This document shows, one piece after another, positions 54,930 through 64,000 of a DNA stretch of 64,000 nucleotides. How positions within the stretch are numbered: position 1 is the first letter of the stretch; each line of letters opens with the position of its first letter. The stretch is taken from NCBI RefSeq assembly GCF_009914755.1, contig NC_060933.1. One strand, written 5' to 3'. The stretch comes from the human T2T-CHM13v2.0 reference genome, Homo sapiens. The notes below the pieces were generated by a model that was given only the letters and a program-made list of their open reading frames with translations, made no database searches and was not told where the DNA came from. The translations under genes were made by a program, and so were the position numbers.

Positions 54930-55244
54930 GTTTGAAATCAATCTCTGCTTGCCTCCATAAGCCATACTACACATGGCCAGCTCTCCAACAATACTAAGGC
55001 AGACCTAATTTAGGAGACAGAGTACTCCATTGTCTGTGGACTTTGGTGCCAGATATCCTTTTATTGAAACTTTATCGAAATTTCCTTAGATTGAATATCA
55101 GTCTAAGATGCTTCACTCAAGTTATTGCATGGTCTGAAGGTTCTCCCAGATTTCCTTGACCCTTTCCTATTTTTTTTCACACAGCCATTCGCCCTAATAA
55201 GACCCTGTCTGGGCTTCTGCTTCTTGGTGGACCCAGACTAACAC
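54930..55244 (+). mobile_element. LTR33-like ERVL LTR fragment
   Basis: 3' end ctgcttcttggtggacccagactaacaca. Confidence 0.5.
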
Positions 55245-55249
55245 ATCCT

Positions 55250-55692
55250 ACTTATAACACTCTGCATGGCTTAGCCTCTACCAACTTCTCCATTTTCACT
55301 TTATACCATACTTTCTCTGGTACTCTCTTCCCTAACACTGACCTTCTATTATTTTGTCTTAAAATTAACTTCTTCTCCTCTTCTCCTAGTTAATACCTAC
55401 AGATCCTTCAACTACTAGTTTAAGAATATCAATTCAGAGAAGATTTACTCCTATTATATATTACAAATGTATCTTGTATCTATTATAGCACTGTTGCATT
55501 TGAAATTTTATACTTTATTTTGTTATCATTTAATTAGTCTGTCCTAACTAGACTGCAAGCTAAACAAATAAGTGATTGCATAAATAAACAACCAAGGGAA
55601 TAGCTATTTTCTCATCATTGTATTCCCCGTATATTGTAAAGCCTCTGGCCTGCAATAAGTGTTCAATAAATCCATGCTGAATTAATTAATGA
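55250..55692 (+). mobile_element. L2 3' portion
   Basis: ctagactgcaagct..cattgtattcccc..aagtgttcaataaatccatgctgaattaattaatgaa. Confidence 0.7.
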
Positions 55693-58600
55693 AAATCAGC
55701 AATATAAAACCCCCGTTTTCACTGCTGGGAAATCAAACTGCAATCTAGCAAAATATTTGTCCTCAAATGGTCAAATGGTCTTCTCAATCCCCATTCCTCC
55801 CCTCCCCTCCCCTGGTTTATTAAACTCATGTTTATCCTTTTAATCTCAGTACAAATAACTCTTCCTCAAAAAAGCTTTTAATGAAGACCATCTCACCCCT
55901 GGATGGAGTGAGATGGATGGAGCGCCCTCCATTATGCATTACTATAGTCTTGGGAATCTCCCTTCATATAGTTTGTTAAGTTTTCAAAAATTTAACATTA
56001 GTTCACATAGGTATTTAATTGCATAATAATCAGTTTGACTAATTCAGCTGTCTATCCCCTCCAACAGACTCTTAAGTTCCATGAGGCCAGGGTTATAATA
56101 AACATTAGTTGAATGAATAAAAAAGGTTATCCCTTCAGTCAGTAGTGCAGCTTTAGAAAGAAAGGTTTGACCATTAAAGGACACAGTGGACAACTGCTAG
56201 CCGAACACATCATTTCAACCAACCTTAGGGAACATAGAGAGACAGGTATGGCAGTTAGATCATTATTATATTCATAAAGATAAAAAAGAATAAAACATAT
56301 AGATAAAATAAGTTGTAACAAGTGAAGTGCAAAATGTTTCCCAGAAGTGTAATGTAAATATTAATCAAGCCTAGAAAAATAATTTTTTGCCTATTAGATC
56401 CATAACATGCTAAAAGCCAGCCCAGCCAGAGACAAGTCCTATTTTGACATGGCATTGTGAGGAAGACTGGTCATTGAGCATCAGAGCCTTGACTATGAAT
56501 TCAGTTGGTTTATGTATTTCTCTACTTCAATACCTTCAGGAGTTATTTTAAAAATTATTTTTCCCAAAATGACAAACAGAATGCATTAAATAAAATAATA
56601 ATGATGATAACAATCAACACATCATTTATGGAGCGCCATTTTAGATTCAATAAAAATGTCACTAGAATGCATATTCAACCTTACCCCCAAAGCAAGTACT
56701 TCCCTCTCCTTCATCCATGAGAGCCTACATTGCTTCCTAAGTTTGTGGGCATCACTGGACAGTGTACATATGGTTGACGAGTATCTACACTGCTTAAGTC
56801 AGATGGGGACTGGGCAATGTCTTAGGGTGTAATGAAGGATAAAGTCCTTGCTGGAAGTTCTCTAGGTCTTCAAACTGCTGATGAATACAAGTCTACATCA
56901 AAAATTGACAGACCATATAGACAGCATCATAGACCCCAGGCATATGTACAGGGAAGGATGACTGCTCTGCCGTGGAGGACTCAGCTACCCATGCACCCCA
57001 TGGGTACTCAAAACCATATCTAGGAACCCTCTGCACTTCCTTTGCTACTTTAGTTTCATGCTAAGGACATGGAACATTTTTCTTCAAGGCTATGTATAGT
57101 TTATCTGCCTCTGTGTCTGCAGTCATTTCTGTCTCAGATCTTGCCATACTCCTAACACTGTCAGTTTTGCTATTTCTAGGATCCCCCAGTTCACTTTGCC
57201 TTTTATCTTATCCCTCCAAACTCTAGCTTAGGGAAATATGTTTTAAGACTGGGGAAGTATTCATCAAAAGCTCTTGGCATAATCTTTTCAATGAATTTAA
57301 GCTCTTAGATGTTTCCCTTTGAAATTATCAACTTTGGGTGCTGGTAGTATTCTTAGATAAATTTAACTCTATTGATTTTGATAGCCAAATGCTAGGGAGC
57401 TTTAGGTGATGGCAAATGGCCATGGATTCTTTATTCCCCATTATCTTGGAAACTTTTAGACAATTTTTCATTTATTTTTCTGCCTTTGTTTTGCTAACCA
57501 CAGTTTCAAACTACCCTATTTCTCATTGTCACACCACTTCTTTCTGACACTATAAATATATGTGATCAACAGCACAACCATGAACTAGCCATTTGTCAAG
57601 TTAATAGTGCCTTTGCCTTGAAAAGAACAGGAAATATTTCTTGTTCATTCTCTGGCCCCTTCACAGACCCCTTGAACTGTCCTAATCCCCTTTCTCTTGC
57701 CATTATTTCTATGAACAAGTAATCCAATATGCTGGATCATTCCTTTTGATTTTACTTTTTACTACTTTTACAGTGTGAAAATTGGAACATGACTCTTTAA
57801 TAACATATACCTCTTAGATTTTGACCTTTGGTTTCTCTGACCTCTAATTTTTATTTTAGAACTATTTTTTATTCGAGACTTTCCTTTGCCTGCATTATCT
57901 ATGAAGATCTTGTTGTCAATGATGAATAAATATTGAGTATTTATTAAGAGACTAAAATGTATATCAGAAAACCTCATTAATTCTATGTGGACCCAGAATA
58001 CATTTTCTTTTGCTTTCCATAATCGATATTTCCAGGTATAATATGCGGATACTATAAAAAAAGTTTGGAGTATTTGTAGAATAATGGTGAAGATACTTAG
58101 GAGTAAACCTTATAGCAATTTAGAATAATTCAATTCATACAGAATCCTCATTACAAATTATCTTTAGGGGCACCTGGGTAAGGAGCGTCAGATACTCTGA
58201 GGAACCAGATGCCACATCTAAGAAGGATATTCAGGGTTCAAAAGCCAAGCCAATATGTATATGTCATCACTTAGTTCTGAAGAGTAAGCATTAGGATCCT
58301 AGCTGTAAGCAAGGCAAGAGTTCAGCATCTTGGTGAACACAGGAGCCAGCTAAGAAGTCCAAACATTGATCAAAGGAGAAGAATTTTAATTCTAAACAGG
58401 GTTTTACTGTTCAGAGCTCTTTATATTTGGGTACTGGCTAGCTGGCATCAGGACAGCGTAGATGTGTAAAAGGCACAGGCTTGGTTTGATACTAAAAGGA
58501 TTGTAAATATTATCCCTTACATTCATATACAGACTACAGTTATAATAAATAACTTTGTTGGCTTGGGTTGAATTGTTATAGTCAAATTAATTTAATTGAA

Positions 58601-58895
58601 ATACATAGGTATACACACACATACTCACACTTTGGAATTACCTGTATAACATAATACTGTATTTGTGACATAGTTACTAATAATTTCTTTTTAAAAAAAT
58701 CATTTTCTACTGTTCCCATATGCATTCCTCTCTCCCTAACCCTTTCCCAAGTGCTTGTACCAGTTTAGTTACTGTCTGAGACTGCCCTTCCCAACCACGG
58801 ATTCACTCTCTTCCCACCTCTCAGGGCTGGTTTGAATGGAATGTCCTGTGGGATGACCAAGGCTAGCAAAAGGAGAAGAGGAGATGGGTGGAGGG

Positions 58896-59422
58896 TGTGA
58901 TGGTTAATATTAAGTGTTAACTTGATAGGATTGAAGGATGCAAAGTATTTTTCCTGGGTGTGTCTGTGAGGGTGTTGCCAAAAGAGATTAAAATTTGAGT
59001 CAGTGGACTGGGGAGGCAGACCCACCCTCAGTCTGGGTGGGTACCATCTAATCAGCTGCCAGCACGGCTAGAATAAAGCAAGCAGAAGTTGGAAAGAGTA
59101 GACTTGCTGAGTCTTCCAGCCTCCATCTCTCTCCTATGCTAGATGCTTTCTGCCCTCGAACAACAGACTCCAAGTTCTTCAAATTTGGATTCTTGGACTT
59201 ACATCAGCGATTTGCCAGGGCCTTCAGCCACAGACTGAAGGCTGCACTGTCAGCTTCCCTACTTTTGAGGTTTTGGGACTTGGACTGGCTTCCTTGCTCC
59301 TCAGCTTGCAGACGGCCTATCATGGGACTTCACCTTGTGATTGTGTGAGTCAATTCTAATTAACTTCCCTTCATATATACATATATCTTATTAGTTCTGT
59401 CCCTTTAGAGAATGCTAATACA
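58896..59422 (+). mobile_element. MLT2A (MLT2A2-like) HERV-L solo LTR
   Basis: tgtgatggttaatatt..ggattgaaggatgcaaagta..ttagttctgtccctttagagaa..ctaataca; TSD not clean. Confidence 0.9.
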
Positions 59423-59653
59423 CATGGGAAATATTCCAAAGTCTGGGTAAGGAGGCAGGCAAACTCAGGCTGGTTTATCTACAGATTCCAAGTCCCAGGG
59501 ACTGTGTCATTCTCCAGGGAGAAAATAAAAAAAGATGACACCTGTATGGACATAAAGAGAGAGACAGTATACACAGACTCCATGTGGGGAATAATAGTAA
59601 GGTGTGATGCCAAAAGCCAAAAGTTGGAGCAATTTCTTTTGAGGGTTGGTTCA

Positions 59654-59840
59654 ATTGGATATTGAAATCAGACCAAGAGGACGTCACAGGGGTTAACTCA
59701 GGGAACAGGATAAACACCCATTGGCCTATTCTGGAATATTTCATTCCAAACCAAATTAGTAGTAAGAAGGAATCAGGCATAAGTTTAAGGCCAGTGCTCA
59801 ATATCAGGCCAATAGTTCCTGAGTTACTGGGGCCAATGGG
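59654..59840. promoter_or_regulatory. Candidate CCAAT/CRE promoter-like cluster
   Basis: GGCCAAT boxes at 59720-59726(-), 59807-59813 and 59831-59837; GACGTCA at 59680-59686. Confidence 0.3.
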
Positions 59841-60434
59841 AGGATTATCTGAATTGATAGCGCATCTGTATTTTTTTCTAGAAGAGTAGAGTATCTCTCA
59901 TCTGTGGCTCATTCCCAGTATTTATAATTGAACAGTGTGTACCAGAATAATCACTGACTGGATTTTAAAGCCAATTTCCCTTCTGATTGATCAGTGTCCT
60001 GACTCTACCAGCTATCAAGTATTTGAATATCACCTATATCATGTGCTCTTTTCTATCAAAATTCCTTTAACACTGTGTTGTAATCCTACTTATATGTTTG
60101 GTCTTTTCAAGAATGTGAACTCCTTCAGGGCCGTGACAATATCTCGAATGATAATAGCTACAATCGCTTGAGTAACTAAATGGATGCCAAAAACATGCTG
60201 AACATTTTATATACATGAGTGCTCATTTCTGTATTAAATCTATGAGGCATTATCATTTTAATCCTCATTTTATAGATGATAAGCAAGGATTAATAAAGCT
60301 TAACTTTCCCAAATCAATTAAATATTCTTGAATTCATATTTCTTGTTCTTTCCATTAAACTGTGATATATATTATATATTTTCACCTTTTGAATGAATGG
60401 GAATCCATTATCTGCCGTCATTGCTGGCACATTT

Positions 60435-61300
60435 ATTAAATGAGTGAATTGACTGATTGATTCAACCAGTATTTATAGAGCATCTATGTGTCAGGCTATG
60501 TTTTAGGCATTGGTAAAACAGTGGTGAGCACAAAAGAAGTTCCCATCCTTGCACAGTTTACTTTCTGTTAGAGGAAAGCAGACAATAAACATACATACAT
60601 AGACAGATGATAGTAGATAGATAGACAGACAGACAGGTAGATAATGAATAAATACAATACATAAACAAGTAAAACAAAAACAAAATAATGACAATGTAAG
60701 GGCTATAAGCAATAAATCAAGTAAGGGGATAGAGCATGACAGCATGACTCATGTACTATTTGGATAGAATGATCAGAGAAGATCTGTGCAGGTGATAATT
60801 GAGCAAAGACTTGAATGAAACAAGAGAAATAACATAAAATATCTGTGGAAGGGCATTCCAGGGAAAGTGAGTGAGAAGTACAAAGGCCCCCAGTTTGTTA
60901 ATGGAGTTTGTTATGGGAGCCAATGTGACTGGAGTGCAATGAGTAGTCGCAAATAAAAATAAGGGCCAGAATGACAGCCTATGGTTCCGCATAGGACCAT
61001 GTGGAAAAGGACTATGGCTTTTACTTTTGAGTGACATGAGAAACTATTTTAAACAGTCTTACATTTTTAAAATATCCATCTGTCTGTTGTGTGGAAATAA
61101 ACTTTCCTGGCTACTAGGGGAAGGATGAGGCTAGTATCCAGACAAGAATTGATGCTTAGACCAGGGTGGTTGCAGCAAAGTTTCATTTCTGGATATATAA
61201 GGAGCTGACATATTTGCTACTGGATTGGATGTGAATTGGAAGAGAAAGAGAGGAGACATAAATGATTTTAAGTTTGGGTCTGAGCAACTGGGAGAGGGGT
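60435..61300 (-). mobile_element. L2a 3' region
   Basis: attcaaccagtatttatagagcatctatgtgtcaggc..ggaagggcattccaggg..ttttacttttgagtgacatgag..ggtctgagcaactgg. Confidence 0.85.
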
Positions 61301-62489
61301 GCATTCTTCTCCTAATCCATGTGATATAAGCCTTAACACGGCCTAAGTAGGTACTATACCTACCACCTAAATGTATCTACCCCTCCAAATACTCCTTAGG
61401 CTTTTATTTTGTCTTTAAGAAGAAAAATAAACTGTCCAGCTACAATCTTAGTATCTCCCTCATTTAAACCTATTTTTCTCCTGTGTTGACAGCACCTTAG
61501 TTAACAGTGCAACATTCAGCTAGATACCCAAGGGAAATACCATGGAATTACTCTTGATTCTACCCATTTGTGCATCTCTCATTTCAACCATGTACTAAAG
61601 CCTATAATTTCTCCCTCCAAAAATTCCCCTCAAGTTCACTCAGTCTCTACTCAGAAATTAATTTAGACCACTCAGCATCACTTAAAGGAGCCAGGCCCCA
61701 CAGCTGGACCAGTTCCACTTAAACTCATACCAGTTGAGCTGCTGAGGCCCCTGCCTGTCTTGCAGTCAGGGCTCTGGCCAGCCCTCATGGTTCAATTACA
61801 TAAAACAGCAAATGGCATTTCCTGTTGTCCAAATTATTACATACCGTACTAAAAACACTAATTTTTACATTATATCTTTTCCACTCTTTAGACCCCAACC
61901 AATAATTATCTCAATCACATTTTAACTAAAGAGGGGAAAAGGCACATGGTTACTCATGCAGTTGGTTTATGTGTTGTGGTTATTAATAATCAAAGTCACC
62001 AAAGGCAAAGTGGAAAAAATAACAGCTATGCAATCAAGAACAGAGAAAGAAGCAAGCTCAATATAGTTTCCAATAAACCTTAAAATTGGGCTTTGCAAAT
62101 ATTAACAAAATATGAGAACTAAATGATGTGATTGTTTGTCTCTTTTTTATCTAAAGTGGACCAGAGAAAGTTTTGTGCAGCGCAGCAAGACTTCTGCATC
62201 CTGATTGAATACAGGGTCACACAACCCAGAACTCATTTCTGTGTATGATTTCTCTTTAAGTGTCTTGCCCTGTAACCCTCCCTCTCCCAGATATTTTAGT
62301 TGCAAATTGAGCTCTTTTCTAAAATTGACAAAAATAAAATATTAATAAACTTTCAACTACTGGAACTATAAAGAAAAAGCATGACGTGTGATATTGGTGG
62401 AAGGTAGAGCTCATTCCTCAGGCATCCATCATGGTGCCAGGCTTTTCAACAGCCTGAATGCAGAATTCTTAGATCATTTCAAACTTACA

Positions 62490-62760
62490 ATCTTGGCAAT
62501 GACATGACAGCTGGTGCACGTGGCATATTAATTCAGCAAACATCAATGCCAACTGTGTGCCCCATGGATCAACTCACCACCTTTTCTTCAACAAAGCAGC
62601 AGCTGTCTGGTTTTTAAATGCTTAGTTACAGGGGAAAGGGGTAATATTAGACATACTTATGGAAGCATAAAATCATGTATATAAGCACGAATTGATGTGA
62701 CCATCGTGATGGAATAAATTTGCATAATCAAATCATTCCGAACAATTATTTAACTCTTTA
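62490..62760. promoter_or_regulatory. Candidate enhancer (octamer, E-boxes, MEIS/TGACAG)
   Basis: TGACAGCTG and CACGTG at 62506-62522; ATTTGCATAAT at 62718-62728; several retained CpGs in non-repeat DNA. Confidence 0.3.
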
Positions 62761-62789
62761 CTAGTTAACTTTTAGTCCTTACAGTTTGA

Positions 62790-63451
62790 AAATGTAATTA
62801 TAAACAAAATCTCCTCCTAACCCAGAAATGTTCACAAAAGTGGAAGAAACAGAAAGCTATTTTTATTGCATAAGCATTAAATTAGAATTCAATGCACATC
62901 ACATGCATTTTGCTAAGAGATTACAAAAGCAGAAAGAAATCTTACCAAGCAGAAACAAATCATTACATACATGCTCTCAAGACAAACTATAACTAGTCCT
63001 CATGTAAGAGGACATGATGGCACAGTTTGTCACACAGAATTCATTCTAAATTCATTTGGTAATTGGGTGACCATCTTGTTAGCTAATTGACTTTATCCAA
63101 AGGAAAAATAAATTTCTAATATCTTTATCACAGGAGGCAGTTTTGCAACTTGGAGCAAGGCATCTACCAAAGATAAGCTTCTCCCCTCCCACTGAAACTG
63201 GTAGATAGGGATGCTGTCTTCCTTAATGATTGCATTTCAAAGAAATAGTTCCCAGGTCCTCGAGAAGGAATTCCTGGACCATACAGCAGACAAGAGGCTA
63301 ATTTAGCTTTTAACGACTTACAAAGAGACAGAGAAACAACTTGTAAGTTTTCTAAAGTAAATAAATACTCTAAGCAAAGGGAAGGAAGTCTCTTCCCTTA
63401 TTATTTTCAACAGGGAGAATTAAGCATTTATTTTCTATGTACTTTTAAACA
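62790..63451 (-). mobile_element. MER67-like ERV1 LTR
   Basis: Minus strand ..cttaattctccctgttgaaaataa..agggaagagacttcc..tttactttagaaaacttacaag resembles the MER67C/D 5' end. Confidence 0.65.
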
Positions 63452-64000
63452 CAAAACCTGGTGCATAATAAATGTGCATTACACATTTATTGTTGATTCC
63501 TGTTGACATGTAATGAGTCACTTCCAAACTGATGCAGAGAATATAAGTAAAAGAATCACAATAAATAGAACAAAATGTAGAAGATGAATGATACAGCAAG
63601 AAAGCATAGATTGTGATTGTCATTACAATGAGATAATGAAGGACAAAGTGTTTCCCTTATGAAGGGATTCGGTGTGAGGCTGACTTGTGCTGACACCCCT
63701 TCAGTGTGACCTTGTGTGTGTTGTTAAACCTTGTTAGCTCTGTCTCTTCACTTATAAAATGGTTACTATCTTTTTCATTTAATCTAAGATGTATGTCATT
63801 GATTATAAGTGGCACCATTTTTATATATTATAAAAAGGAAAAATATCTGATAATTGCATGATGCCATTCATTGTGAGACCTATCACAATCTTAATGACAG
63901 TAAAATGTGAGAAAGTTGGGTGTCTCAGAATCAATGAAATATAACTAATAACAGCTTCATAGTGAGGTTTTGGAAATTAAATATTATGATGTATGAGAAG

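Noticed and set aside
59475-59889. Overlapping 108-aa and 75-aa ORFs
   Set aside because: Non-ATG starts, no recognisable domain or exon structure

Overview
This is primate (human-like), AT-rich, CpG-depleted nuclear DNA that reads as intergenic or deep-intronic. It is dominated by transposable elements. These include six Alus, several L1s (two with twin-priming inversions), L2/MIR relics, and a complete ~7.1 kb MER4A1/MER4-int ERV1 provirus with both LTRs and a TSD. There is also a MaLR element that lost its 3' LTR, and solo LTRs (MER11D, THE1C, MLT1A/MLT1D, MLT2A, MER67-like). I found no CpG island, tRNA/rRNA, CRISPR array or bacterial gene. Almost all ORFs in the track are repeat-derived or chance. 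The best non-repeat signals are: a candidate terminal coding exon at 2053-2155 marked by five in-frame CpG/Arg codons; a strong CTCF motif; a young ~97%-identical 440-bp non-tandem local duplication; several templated-repair scars; a candidate decayed exon chain near 56-58 kb; and motif clusters at ~59.7 kb and ~62.6 kb. I could not name the locus, and I see no well-supported novel biological system. Repeat subfamily names come from memory of consensus sequences, old-repeat boundaries are approximate, and identities are manual counts.
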